From: Candidatus Woesearchaeota archaeon
Lineage (GTDB): Archaea; Nanobdellota; Nanobdellia; Pacearchaeales; GW2011-AR1
Direction of reading: 5' to 3'
Length of the DNA: 35,533 nt
Assembly: GCA_964502865.1 (NCBI GenBank)
Contig: CAZCXX010000002.1
Coordinates: forward strand, 1 to 35,533
Shown here: piece by piece, positions 23,857 to 32,734 of the stretch
Position numbering within the stretch: position 1 is the stretch's first letter
Layout of the letters: each line of letters begins with the position of its first letter
Program-made: the position numbers and the translations under genes
Notes under the pieces: generated by a model
Seen by the model: the letters and a program-made list of their open reading frames with translations, nothing else
Database searches by the model: none
Told to the model about the DNA's origin: nothing

Positions 23857-23866
23857 ATATTTAAAA
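23857..23866 (-). promoter_or_regulatory. TATA-like box for serS
   Basis: The minus strand reads CTTTTAAATA about 21 nt upstream of the serS ATG, and no SD sequence is present. Confidence 0.5.
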
Positions 23867-23894
23867 GTTGCTTCTAAGGGATACCGATTACAAA

Positions 23895-23968
23895 TATAGT
23901 GGAAGACCTAAGTCCTTCCCCTAATAGCATACGACAAAACGAGGAAAAACTAATGTCGTATGCTATAG
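23895..23968 (+). repeat. Hairpin-repeat family A, copy 3 (short form, compensated stem)
   Basis: TATAGTGGAAGACCTAAGTCCTTCCCCTAATAGCATACGACA-AAACGAGGAAAAACTAA-TGTCGTATGCTATAG. It overlaps the last codons and stop of the antiporter gene. Confidence 0.9.
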
Positions 23969-25674
23969 GTGGAATTATCTTTCCCTTCTTTAAGTTGTTG
24001 ACGATGTTGCCTGCCGAGCTTTCGGTAGATATCTTTATTAGTATGATACTGACGAATCAAATGCGAAGCATATTGGCCGCCCAAGTGATGCGGAATTAGG
24101 ACATAATCGACTCCTGCTTCATAAAGGTTGAGCGCGGTACGCGGTTGTTCTGCCGTTGCGATGAATATCGCTTTTGAGCCCAACTTTTTAAGCCGCTCAT
24201 TAATCGTACGGTTTGATGCTTCATCAGGGATTGTGGAGATGATCATCTTTGCTTTATCTATCGGGATTTCCGTAAGGAAATCCTGGTCTCCTCCATCACC
24301 ATAAATGCAGTCTATCTTCTCATTAGCCAGTGCAAGGATGGTTTTTGGATTATAATCGACAACTACAAATGAGAGTTTCATCTTTTTGAGCATATCGATT
24401 ATCTTGTATCCAATACGGTGATATCCGAACAAGACGATGTCATAGTTTTTTTCATGCTGCTGTTTGCTTAGATGACTCTTTCCTTCAAAAATTGTTAGTA
24501 GGTGTGATATCTTATTGAAAATTGAGTGGGAGTAGTAAATGCTGTAACTGCTCACACCGATTGTAATAACGGCAATCAAAATTACAAGGCTCATAATTTC
24601 TTGGCTGAGATGGCCGAGCGTAAATCCGAGCAGCGCGATAATAAGAGAGAACTCGCTAATTTGCGCGAGACTTGATCCTGCTAAGAAGTTAGTTCTTTTT
24701 TTGTACCCAAAAAATCTAAGCGTAGCCATGACGATTAGCGGCTTGCCAATTATTACAAAAAGAGAAAATATTACCGCGCTCTTTATGAGAGAGTAATCAA
24801 TGGTACCTGCAAGTTGACTTCCAAAGAAGACAAAGAAAAGAACAACGAAGAAATCTCGTAAGGGTTTCATCTTCCCGCCCAGTTCCAGTGTGTATTTGCT
24901 GGAAGCGAGCGACATACCTGCAATGAGTGCACCAATCTCGAGCGAAAATCCGAGGACGTCGAAGAGCGTGGCAAGGGAGAGCGCCCAGGCGATACTAAAG
25001 AGGAAGAGCGCTTCTTGATTTCGTGCGAGGTAGTCCAGTACGCGGGGAAGAATGACTCCTGAAAGCATGAATACTCCTGCACTGATGCCTAGGGCGATCA
25101 CTATTTTTCCTCCGAGCCAGAATAGATTGCCTTGATGCTCGACGAGCGGGATTGCCATGAGCGCAACTGCCGCAACAAAATCTTCAACAATAAGAATTCC
25201 GAGGGCAATACGACCATGGAGTGTATCGATTTCTTTTTTATCAGATAAAATTTTAACAACAACAACTGTTGAGGAAAACGCCAATGCTGCACCGATATAG
25301 AGGATTTCTTTATCTCCAAATCCTAAGCCGATAGCTATGAGGGCACCGATGCCGCCAGTGATTGTGATTCCAGCAAGCCCTGCGAATGTTGCAACACCGC
25401 CGATTTCTTTGAGGACGCGGAAGTCAAGCGAGAGACCGACGATGAAAAGAAGAAATGCAACGCCAATGTGTGCGAAAGTTTGAATGAGTTCTGATGTCGC
25501 AACATTATCGCCAACGAACTCTGTCAATGCGCCACCGAGCATAGCAGGACTAATAAGAATCCCTGCTACGAGATACGCGATCAAAGGTGGCTGTCGTATC
25601 ATTCGGGCAATTACCGCCAGGATTGCAGCAATACATATAATTACGCTAAGATACAATAACACCTCTTGCACCAT
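23950..25674 (-). CDS. Kef-type cation:proton antiporter (CPA2) with C-terminal RCK/TrkA-N domain
   Basis: The 574-aa protein has about 12 TM helices followed by a Rossmann-like DIVLFGYHRIGYKI...VVVD segment. TATTTAAAAG lies about 25 nt upstream. Confidence 0.85.
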   Translation of the reverse strand: MVQEVLLYLSVIICIAAILAVIARMIRQPPLIAYLVAGILISPAMLGGALTEFVGDNVATSELIQTFAHIGVAFLLFIVGLSLDFRVLKEIGGVATFAGLAGITITGGIGALIAIGLGFGDKEILYIGAALAFSSTVVVVKILSDKKEIDTLHGRIALGILIVEDFVAAVALMAIPLVEHQGNLFWLGGKIVIALGISAGVFMLSGVILPRVLDYLARNQEALFLFSIAWALSLATLFDVLGFSLEIGALIAGMSLASSKYTLELGGKMKPLRDFFVVLFFVFFGSQLAGTIDYSLIKSAVIFSLFVIIGKPLIVMATLRFFGYKKRTNFLAGSSLAQISEFSLIIALLGFTLGHLSQEIMSLVILIAVITIGVSSYSIYYSHSIFNKISHLLTIFEGKSHLSKQQHEKNYDIVLFGYHRIGYKIIDMLKKMKLSFVVVDYNPKTILALANEKIDCIYGDGGDQDFLTEIPIDKAKMIISTIPDEASNRTINERLKKLGSKAIFIATAEQPRTALNLYEAGVDYVLIPHHLGGQYASHLIRQYHTNKDIYRKLGRQHRQQLKEGKDNSTYSIRH

Positions 25675-25836
25675 AGTGCAGGAGAAGGGATGTACTTTTA
25701 AATACCTAGCGTTTTTGTTGAGGTTCTACTTTGCAAAGCCTTAAAAGCACTTTTTTGTTCCATTAATCATCATATTCATCCCTGTTTAGGCTGGGATGAA
25801 GGGCTCATCGCACGCGGCGCGGTGAGCCCACTTTTT

Positions 25837-26274
25837 TTAGAACAAATCTGTGATCGTATTTCTTGGAAGTCTCTGTCCTTTGCAGTAATTTTCGAGTGCA
25901 GTGATCTGCGCTCGTGGCGCACGGACTTGATGAGCGCGTTCGTATTGTTTCCACTGGGGAAATGTAAGCCACTCTAGCAATTCGATTTCATCTGGACGTA
26001 CAATGTGCGGTTCTTTTTGAGGAGTTGCAGTGTAGACGAAGTTCATTATTGCGTTTCCCCGGTCGCTTTTGAAGTAATATATGCCTACTATGTATTTGAT
26101 TATTACATCCGTGCCAATTTCTTCTCGCATTTCACGTTGGAGTGCTTTTTCGAGATTTTCTCCTGGCTCAACTTTTCCTCCAGGGATTCCCCATTTTGCA
26201 TCTTTTTTTGTTTTTAGACCCAGATAAAAATGATCACGAGAGATTATTGCCGAGACGGTGAGTTTATGATCCAC
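25837..26274 (-). CDS. Nudix hydrolase (MutT-like)
   Basis: The canonical Nudix box GGKVEPGENLEKALQREMREEIG is present. Confidence 0.85.
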   Translation of the reverse strand: MDHKLTVSAIISRDHFYLGLKTKKDAKWGIPGGKVEPGENLEKALQREMREEIGTDVIIKYIVGIYYFKSDRGNAIMNFVYTATPQKEPHIVRPDEIELLEWLTFPQWKQYERAHQVRAPRAQITALENYCKGQRLPRNTITDLF

Positions 26275-26406
26275 CTTTCTTCAAATAAATGCACCTTTAA
26301 GAAGATTATGTCGATGAACTATCGTTTTTGACGTAGTTTAGTATTCACTTTCAGCGATTCTCGCTCTTTTCCTTCTGAACATAATGGTCTCCAATGTAGC
26401 ATAAGG

Positions 26407-26414
26407 TTTAAAAA
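26407..26414 (+). promoter_or_regulatory. TATA-like box for rps10
   Basis: TTTAAAAA ends about 22 nt upstream of ATG 26436. Confidence 0.5.
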
Positions 26415-26435
26415 GCATTTTCGATTCTTGAGTAA

Positions 26436-26744
26436 ATGTCAAAAGTACGAATCAAACTTGCAAGTATTGATATAGCTGCGCTGAATCCGGTTATTCAGAG
26501 TATCAAGGATATCACTACGAGAGCTGGCGTTGTCATGCGTGGACCGATTCCGATTCCTACGCGGCGCTTGAAAGTGACTACTCGAAAGTCTCCGTGCGGG
26601 AATGGGACCGCTACTTTTGACCGTTTTGAAATGCGCGTTCATCGGCGCATCATTGATATTCCCGCCGAGGACAGGATTTTACATCCCATTATGAAGCTTC
26701 AAATACCTCGTTCTGTTCAGATTAAAATTGAGATGAAAGACTGA
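26436..26744 (+). CDS. rps10: 30S ribosomal protein S10 (uS10)
   Basis: The 102-aa protein contains VRIKL...GPIPIPTRRLKVTTRKSPCG.G..TFDRFEMRVHRRIIDI, typical of uS10. Confidence 0.9.
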   Translation: MSKVRIKLASIDIAALNPVIQSIKDITTRAGVVMRGPIPIPTRRLKVTTRKSPCGNGTATFDRFEMRVHRRIIDIPAEDRILHPIMKLQIPRSVQIKIEMKD

Positions 26745-26916
26745 TTTCATCAGTCTTAGTATCTTCGCTTTCCTCAGCTCAGATGAAGGATTAACCTGCG
26801 AATGGTTGTTTTTCACTCGCTACATTCTTAAATACTCATTGTTTCTCTCTTTTTTATGAATGAGGTGACTCCTTTGCAGGATATAGAGAATTTCATTGAA
26901 AATGGGGCTATAAGTC

Positions 26917-27423
26917 ATGAAATTCTCTAATGGACAATTGCCGAAAACAGAGGACATAAGTAATGCAATTGTCCATATTTATTTTGCTGCGTCGATTCGT
27001 GGCGGACGCGAAGATATATCCGTCTATACTTCATTGATCACTCATTTGAGCAAGTACGCGCGAGTTTTAACTGAGCATGTAGGCAATCGAAATCTTGCAG
27101 CTTGGGGAGAAGATGGTCTAACTGACGAAGAAATTTACCAGCGAGACATGGGTTGGCTTGCATCTGCAAGGGCGGTGGTTGCTGAAGTTTCAAATCCTTC
27201 GCTTGGAGTGGGTTATGAGGTATGCGCGGGTTCGCTTATTTATCATCTTCCAACGCTCTGCCTTTATCGGAAACAAGAAGGCAAGCGTCTCTCTGCGATG
27301 ATTGCCGGTGCCCCCGGATTAATTGTTGCTCCATACGAGTCATTAGATGATGCACGGGCACTTCTTGATCAGTATGTTCCTCAATTGCTGGGGCTTCCGC
27401 GGAGACATCATGAAACTTCGTGA
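26917..27423 (+). CDS. 2'-deoxynucleoside 5'-phosphate N-hydrolase (DNPH1/Rcl-like, nucleoside 2-deoxyribosyltransferase fold)
   Basis: IYFAASIRGGRED, VLTEHV, VVAEVSNPSLGVGYE and LSAMIAG closely track human DNPH1 motifs (YFCGSIRGGRED, VLTEHV, VVAEVTQPSLGVGYE, LSAMIRG). Confidence 0.8.
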   Translation: MKFSNGQLPKTEDISNAIVHIYFAASIRGGREDISVYTSLITHLSKYARVLTEHVGNRNLAAWGEDGLTDEEIYQRDMGWLASARAVVAEVSNPSLGVGYEVCAGSLIYHLPTLCLYRKQEGKRLSAMIAGAPGLIVAPYESLDDARALLDQYVPQLLGLPRRHHETS

Positions 27424-28030
27424 GGCGCTTGTTGTCAAACGTGACGTCTTGTTTAAAGAAAGGCACTTTCAAGGTTTTTTGCCTGCACACGAGTATAATT
27501 TTGTCGACATTATTTTTAACAACTATGAATATCATCCACGTGGAGAGGCTTTAGAAGAAAATGATTTGCTACAGCAGATAATCCCTTATGTTTGGATTGT
27601 GAATCCACTCGAGAAGAAAGTGTTTGCTTATAGGCGGGCTGCAAATGAGAGTTATAGCGAAAAGAGATTAAGGAATAAATGGAGTTGCGGTTTAGGAGGG
27701 CACATAGAGAGGCATGACAATGGGAACCCCATTGAAAGCGCAATGATGCGCGAGCTTATGGAAGAAGTTAAAATGGCAGTGTATCCGCGGCCGAAGATTG
27801 TCGGATACTTAAAGGATGATCGAGGAGATGTTGAGAAAGTTCATTTTGGCGTTGTGGCTATTGCGGAAACTTTGGAACCTGTAGAGAAGGGAGATGATGA
27901 AATGGCAGAGGGGCTATTCGTGACGATTGCTGAGATTGAAGAGTTGTTTGCTGATAAAGAAAATGAAGTTGAAGCCTGGACAAGGCTTAGCTGGCCTTTT
28001 GTGAAGAGTTATTTGCTTTCTCTTGGATGA
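27410..28030 (+). CDS. Nudix-like hydrolase (degenerate box)
   Basis: I prefer the start MKLREAL at ATG 27410, which overlaps the upstream gene by 14 nt. The segment GLGGHIE...[14 protein letters not shown] resembles a Nudix box (REUxEE present). Confidence 0.5.
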   Translation: MKLREALVVKRDVLFKERHFQGFLPAHEYNFVDIIFNNYEYHPRGEALEENDLLQQIIPYVWIVNPLEKKVFAYRRAANESYSEKRLRNKWSCGLGGHIERHDNGNPIESAMMRELMEEVKMAVYPRPKIVGYLKDDRGDVEKVHFGVVAIAETLEPVEKGDDEMAEGLFVTIAEIEELFADKENEVEAWTRLSWPFVKSYLLSLG

Positions 28031-28051
28031 TTGTTCTCTATCAGATAAATG

Positions 28052-28059
28052 TATATATA
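28052..28059 (+). promoter_or_regulatory. TATA-like box for thyA
   Basis: TATATATA ends about 22 nt upstream of ATG 28081. Confidence 0.5.
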
Positions 28060-28080
28060 GGTAGGACTTTTTTTAGAGGT

Positions 28081-29019
28081 ATGCAGGAATATCAGGATCT
28101 TTTGAGGAATGTGGTTATAGAAGGGGAGGTGAAGAGTGACCGTACCGGAGTAGGGACTTTGTCCACGTTTGGAAACCAGATGCGCTTTGACCTAGAGAAG
28201 GGATTTCCTCTGCTCACTACTAAGAAGATCCATACAAAGTCAATAATATATGAGCTTCTCTGGTTCCTTAAAGGCAATACAAACATACAATACCTAAATG
28301 AGAATGGAGTGACGATGTGGGATGAGTGGGCTGATGCGAAAGGGGACTTGGGAAGAGTATATGGAGCACAGTGGATAGATTGGAGGACGCCTGATGGGAA
28401 GAGCGTGAACCAGATTTATAACTTAGTTGAAGGCTTAAAGAAAAATCCTGATTCACGAAGGCATATTGTGAATGCCTGGAATGTTGGTGAGCTTGAGCAA
28501 ATGGCCTTAACGCCTTGCCATTGCATGTTCCAGTGCAATGTTGCCGGAGGGAAACTTGACTTGCAGCTATATCAACGCTCTGCGGACTTATTTCTTGGTG
28601 TGCCTTTTAATATCGCGAGCTATGCAATGCTGACACATATGCTAGCACAGGTTGCTGGCCTAAAGCCAGGGAAGTTTGTGCATACTTTTGGGGATGTCCA
28701 TTTGTATAACGGGAAGAGAGGGGAGTGGTATAAACAGAATAAGGGCGAGATAGCTAAGAGAGTTGGTGATATCCACCCTATTGATGGGCGTTGGGAATAT
28801 AATGAAGTTGCCTCATGGATTGTGGAAAATGCGCCAGGAGTTGATGACCGGAGCGACCATGTACCACTGGCACTGGAACAAATGGCTCGAGACACTAAAG
28901 CGTTGCCTAGCTTTGGGATGAATCCTTTAGTTAAGGATATTTTCGGATTCAGCTATGCTGATTTTTCAATTATTGGATATGATCCTCATCCAACTATAAA
29001 GGCGAAAATTGCGGTGTAA
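28081..29019 (+). CDS. thyA: Thymidylate synthase ThyA (bacterial-like) with an approximately 48-aa insertion
   Basis: [66 protein letters not shown] and the C-terminal [14 protein letters not shown] are present. The start is MQEYQDLL at 28081. Extra residues lie between HLYN and DHVPLAL (about 28711-28854). Confidence 0.9.
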   Translation: MQEYQDLLRNVVIEGEVKSDRTGVGTLSTFGNQMRFDLEKGFPLLTTKKIHTKSIIYELLWFLKGNTNIQYLNENGVTMWDEWADAKGDLGRVYGAQWIDWRTPDGKSVNQIYNLVEGLKKNPDSRRHIVNAWNVGELEQMALTPCHCMFQCNVAGGKLDLQLYQRSADLFLGVPFNIASYAMLTHMLAQVAGLKPGKFVHTFGDVHLYNGKRGEWYKQNKGEIAKRVGDIHPIDGRWEYNEVASWIVENAPGVDDRSDHVPLALEQMARDTKALPSFGMNPLVKDIFGFSYADFSIIGYDPHPTIKAKIAV

Positions 29020-29020
29020 A

Positions 29021-29710
29021 ATGGAGCGAGGCAGTGTGAAAAAAGGGCTTTTTATTGTCTTTGAAGGCATTGACGGCAGTGGAAAAACATCGCAGATTGA
29101 ACGTCTTGCACGATACATTCGCGCTCAGGATAAATATCGAGATGTTCTTTTGACACGGGAGCCTACTTGGCGTGCAACTGAATTACTTGAACAACTTCAA
29201 GGTAATGCAGACGCTTTTTCGAACGGTGAGCGCATGGCGTATCAATTTGTTTGGGATCGGAAAGCTCATACCGACGCACAGATTAAACCTGCCTTAGAGC
29301 AACGTGCGTTTGTTCTGTGTGATCGGTATGCGATGTCTACTTGTGCGTATCAAGCTGCGCAAGGTGTACTGCTTGATACTTTACTCCGCTACCATGAAGA
29401 GGCTCAAACACTTACTCCCCATATTACATTTTTTGTCGATGTCCCTCGTGAGGTAGCTGAAGCACGGATGATCAAACGAGGAGCTGCTCCTGAAAAGTTT
29501 GAGAAAAATGCAACGTTTACTGATTTACTTATTAAGCATTATCGTTTACTTGCAGAAAAAAGTCTTACAGATGAACGGTTACGCAGAGTTATCGGTCCTG
29601 TGGTGAGCATTGATGGAATGCCCTCTCTGGATCAAGTTGGTGAGCAAATTCAAGTTGCTTATGGTCAAGCGATGCGTGCTTATAGTGGAAGACCTAAGTC
29701 CTTCCCCTAA
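29021..29710 (+). CDS. tmk: Thymidylate kinase
   Basis: The P-loop FIVFEGIDGSGKTSQ and DRY motif (CDRYAMST) are present. The start is MERGS at 29021, 2 nt after the thyA stop. The last 9 codons and the stop lie inside repeat A4. Confidence 0.9.
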   Translation: MERGSVKKGLFIVFEGIDGSGKTSQIERLARYIRAQDKYRDVLLTREPTWRATELLEQLQGNADAFSNGERMAYQFVWDRKAHTDAQIKPALEQRAFVLCDRYAMSTCAYQAAQGVLLDTLLRYHEEAQTLTPHITFFVDVPREVAEARMIKRGAAPEKFEKNATFTDLLIKHYRLLAEKSLTDERLRRVIGPVVSIDGMPSLDQVGEQIQVAYGQAMRAYSGRPKSFP

Positions 29711-29816
29711 TAGCAGATGACACATCAAGAATTATTGAGGCTTCAATTCTTGACTGCGCTCAAGGATTAGCAAATCCTTGACGGAACGGGGAGAAACTTA
29801 TGTCGTCTGCTATAGT
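29681..29816 (+). repeat. Hairpin-repeat family A, copy 4 (intermediate form)
   Basis: TATAGTGGAAGACCTAAGTCCTTCCCCTAATAGCAGATGACA-[TCAAGAATT..AATTCTTGA; TCAAGGA..TCCTTGA]-GGGGAGAAACTTATGTCGTCTGCTATAG. Confidence 0.9.
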
Positions 29817-29857
29817 GAGCACAATACTTAAAAGTCTTGGTTGCGGGGAAGAAGTAA

Positions 29858-29939
29858 GCCCACGTGGGACAGCGGCACTCCGCATGCTTGGAGAGCATGT
29901 TTCCGAAAGGATTCCCAGGTTCGAATCCTGGCGTGGGCG
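29858..29939 (+). tRNA. tRNA-Ser(GGA)
   Basis: Acceptor GCCCACG/CGTGGGC, anticodon stem CATGC/GCATG with loop TTGGAGA, a long variable arm (TTTCCGAAAGGATTC), T arm CCAGG-TTCGAAT-CCTGG, discriminator G. Confidence 0.85.
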
Positions 29940-29953
29940 TGGCGATTCGTTTT

Positions 29954-30232
29954 TTATTCATTGTTTGAACTGTGCTTTTCTGCATTCTGGAACCACTCAG
30001 TTTTTTGATTTTGCGGAAGTTGTTTTATTGCATATTCACACTTACAAGCATCAGATTTGCTTGTGCAGCTTTTTGAAGCGAGGAGCTGCTTAAATCCTTT
30101 GCGCGCGACATACTTGCTTCCTTTGCCGAGCGCATGTGTTTTCATTCTCTTATCGAGATTGTTGGTCACTCCGGTATAAAATGATCCGTCATGACATTCT
30201 AGGAGATAGACGTACCATTGCTTTTTATCCAT
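29954..30232 (-). CDS. GIY-YIG nuclease-domain protein (UPF0213/YhbQ-like)
   Basis: The 92-aa protein contains WYVYLLECHDGSFYTGVTNNLDKRMKTH, a GIY-YIG core. TTTTAAATA lies about 22 nt upstream. Confidence 0.8.
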   Translation of the reverse strand: MDKKQWYVYLLECHDGSFYTGVTNNLDKRMKTHALGKGSKYVARKGFKQLLASKSCTSKSDACKCEYAIKQLPQNQKTEWFQNAEKHSSNNE

Positions 30233-30409
30233 TGGAATTAAGGGAAAGGCGTATTTAAAATTGATTTGCTTCCCGATTCACGACTTTTTCCTAAAGTACA
30301 AGATGCATTTTTTGCTTTCGTCAAGAAAATTGGATCAACGCGCGGCATTATGAAGACATTTACTTTAGTGTCATTTAAACAGCTCAAGAGCGAGTTTGTG
30401 GAGAGTTGA

Positions 30410-31129
30410 TCACTTCGTATCTTTCGCGTGCTCCCACATAAAATCGAAATAGGATTTGTAGGCTTTTGCGGCTGCGGCGTTTTCGATGATGATGCCTTCA
30501 GGCTCATCAGTCCAAACGAGAATGGCAATTTTGTCGCCATAGATATTCGTGACTGCAGGACTTTCGGCGATTGCAGGGAGGTAGCGATGGTTAGAGGTTC
30601 TCGAGTCGAGTTCTTCTCTGCCTTTACGGAGAATGAGCTGCGTTTTGATGCCTTTCTCTTTTTTCATACGATCGAATTGGTATGCAAACTCAGGCATTCT
30701 TTCTGAAAATTGACCTTCGGAACCGAAGACGTAGTTGTCTTTACCCGTCCGGATCATATCGAGAAAGACCGATTTAACTCCCTTGACTCCTTTAAAGAGG
30801 CGGACTTGACCCTCTATCTTCTTGCGTTTATGTCGTTCTTGGAGTTCTGGAAGGACTGCCATCACATCGTCCTGCTGCTCTTTGAGATATTCAAGAATTC
30901 TTTGCGGACCGGTTGCCTGAAACCATTTCACTTTTCCAATCAAAACATAACTCACCAATCCTTTATCAAGGAGCATTTGGATTGCATTGTACGCACTGCT
31001 GCGGTCTATGTGCGCAAGCTTTGCAATTCTACCAGCTTTCATGGAGCCTTGATCGTTCAGCGTCAAGTAGACCTTGATCTCGTTTTGCGCAAGGCCTATC
31101 TTCTCAAGGGTTTTTTCTATATTTGCCAT
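30410..31129 (-). CDS. TrmB-family transcriptional regulator
   Basis: The N-terminal winged HTH is LGLAQNEIKVYLTLNDQGSMKAGRIAKLAHIDRSSAYNAIQMLLDKGLV, followed by a C-terminal TrmB-like domain. Confidence 0.8.
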   Translation of the reverse strand: MANIEKTLEKIGLAQNEIKVYLTLNDQGSMKAGRIAKLAHIDRSSAYNAIQMLLDKGLVSYVLIGKVKWFQATGPQRILEYLKEQQDDVMAVLPELQERHKRKKIEGQVRLFKGVKGVKSVFLDMIRTGKDNYVFGSEGQFSERMPEFAYQFDRMKKEKGIKTQLILRKGREELDSRTSNHRYLPAIAESPAVTNIYGDKIAILVWTDEPEGIIIENAAAAKAYKSYFDFMWEHAKDTK

Positions 31130-31204
31130 TCTAAGCTTTAGTAAGGCGCCTTGCTATTTAACTCTTTCGAACTGTTGCTTATTTTTCTACTACACTTATT
31201 GAAT

Positions 31205-31774
31205 CTATCTGCCTAATCGAACTAAATCGTTCTTACCTTCTTGATTTAATGCTTGATATCGTTCATTAGAATTGCCCCTATCCCACTCGTACGTTTTCAT
31301 TCCACCTAAATCCGTATATTTGCAGAAAGGTTCATATTGCACGACTCTGGAACATGCAGCAACCAACCGTTCGAGTAAAGGTCCATCGTTTTTCATAGAA
31401 GCGAGTAGGAAAGTGTTCTCAGCATAAGTCACACAGAAAAATTCTCCTTCAATTCGTCCTTGACTCCAATGGTCTTTCAAATTAGATAATGCTTGTTTTA
31501 CACATTCAACATCGTTTTTCAGATATAAATTGTTCTGAATCTGAGGATCCTTAGTTTTTTGAGTTCGCCCATTGCGTTCTCGATAGTCCTTAGAAAGTTG
31601 TCCGAAAACAACTCCTGTGCAGATAGGTGTTAGTAAAACATCTCGAATTGCATCTCTCGTTTCAAGAGTAAGAATGTTACTTTGACGATTGTAAATATCC
31701 ATTAAGACTGTCGCTCTCTTTTCTCCATCTTGATATTTTCTTTCTAAGTGCTCCCAGATTTGCTGTCTATTCAT
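31205..31774 (-). CDS. Hypothetical protein
   Basis: The 189-aa ORF overlaps the upstream ATPase gene by 8 nt, implying an operon. No recognisable motif. Confidence 0.5.
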   Translation of the reverse strand: MNRQQIWEHLERKYQDGEKRATVLMDIYNRQSNILTLETRDAIRDVLLTPICTGVVFGQLSKDYRERNGRTQKTKDPQIQNNLYLKNDVECVKQALSNLKDHWSQGRIEGEFFCVTYAENTFLLASMKNDGPLLERLVAACSRVVQYEPFCKYTDLGGMKTYEWDRGNSNERYQALNQEGKNDLVRLGR

Positions 31775-32330
31775 GTTCTTCCCCCATGATTGCTAATTTA
31801 GGCTCGAATTCGATAAGGTCGAGTATAAGTTCTGTTCGGTAGTTGAGTGGGGTGGCAGGTATTTTGATAAGGTTGTAGCCAAGTTCTTTGTAGACTCTTT
31901 CTATCTCCTCATGTGTTCTTTTTGCCCTTTCAGGATCTTCTCTTCGAACTTCTGTCTTCTCATAAGGAAGCATGTCTAGCAAGAAGACTTTTTCATAGCG
32001 AGCGTTTCTGGCTGCCTCTTTCAGCTTTCGAGGAACTTCTAATCCGTCTAGTCGGTAGTAGGCTATTCCATCAGCTATCCCTCGGTCTTGGAAGCTTATT
32101 CTTGCTTCTTGAGGTATTTCTCTTTCCCATTCCAGTTGCGTTTCAAGAAGTCTCTTTTGGAAAGCATCTCGGTTTATCCAAGGCAGGATGTTTCCGCCTC
32201 TTTCGAGTTCTCCGTTTATGATATACTCTGCGACCTCCCTCATGCAGTAGATTCCTCTGCTCTGTAGTGCCTTGAGCAGGGTGCTCTTGCCTGAAGATGG
32301 CCCCCCTGTGAGTGCGTATTTCTTTGTCAT
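31767..32330 (-). CDS. P-loop NTPase/kinase of the AAA_28 (NadR C-terminal-like) type
   Basis: The 187-aa protein has Walker A LTGGPSSGKSTL, then FQDRG and VFLLD (Walker B-like), a layout typical of small AAA_28 ATPases. Confidence 0.65.
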   Translation of the reverse strand: MTKKYALTGGPSSGKSTLLKALQSRGIYCMREVAEYIINGELERGGNILPWINRDAFQKRLLETQLEWEREIPQEARISFQDRGIADGIAYYRLDGLEVPRKLKEAARNARYEKVFLLDMLPYEKTEVRREDPERAKRTHEEIERVYKELGYNLIKIPATPLNYRTELILDLIEFEPKLAIMGEEHE

Positions 32331-32470
32331 ACCTTTTTGCAGAGAAATATCTAATTAAATCTCTGTTGTAGAATAATCTTCAACAAGTAGAGAGAAAAGT
32401 TCACAAACATTATTACGAGTATGCTACAGGAAAAAGAAGGTTTTAAATAGAAGAAGAAAGTTAACAGTTC

Positions 32471-32734
32471 ATGGAAGAAAAGCAAATTACGATAAACAAA
32501 GTAGATAACTTAGGAGTTACTATTGTCGTTAGAGAAGAGAATATGGACGACCATAAAGTCTTCATTGTTAATAATGAGGAGTTGGGGGTGGCAGATTTCG
32601 GAGACACGTTAGATGAAGCAATACATAACTTCAGGAAATCGCTGCAACTTTATTTAGAGACGTATCCTGAGAAAAAAAGTATTCTTATAGAAAAACAAGA
32701 TTCTCCTCTTCTTGTTTCAAGGATTTTTCTTTAA
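32471..32734 (+). CDS. hicB: HicB-like antitoxin (UPF0150 fold only, no DNA-binding domain)
   Basis: The 87-aa protein has GVADFGDTLDEAIHNFRKSLQLYLE, which matches the HicB N-domain signature (G.T.eEA..n..eal..yle). Confidence 0.65.
   Translation: MEEKQITINKVDNLGVTIVVREENMDDHKVFIVNNEELGVADFGDTLDEAIHNFRKSLQLYLETYPEKKSILIEKQDSPLLVSRIFL

Noticed and set aside
25760-25836. Hairpins (TTCATCCC/GGGATGAA; GGGCTCA.CGC/GCG.TGAGCCC) followed by a T-run, resembling a bacterial intrinsic terminator
   Set aside because: The T-run follows the stems only on the plus strand, while both flanking genes are on the minus strand. Archaeal termination does not require hairpins, so these are probably just more members of the general hairpin-rich intergenic style.
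26436-26744. rps10 standing alone rather than after tuf/fusA as in many archaea
   Set aside because: It is real, but gene-order scrambling is common in small archaeal genomes, so this is not informative by itself.
6583-29816. Possibility that the recurring repeats are a CRISPR array
   Set aside because: The copies are tens of kb apart, not regularly spaced. They are 75-190 nt compound hairpins rather than 25-40-nt direct repeats with unique spacers, and no cas genes are present.
30238-30540. ORF 30238..30540 (-), 100 aa
   Set aside because: It overlaps the 3' end of the TrmB gene in another frame and otherwise covers the GIY-YIG promoter spacer. It has no motifs.
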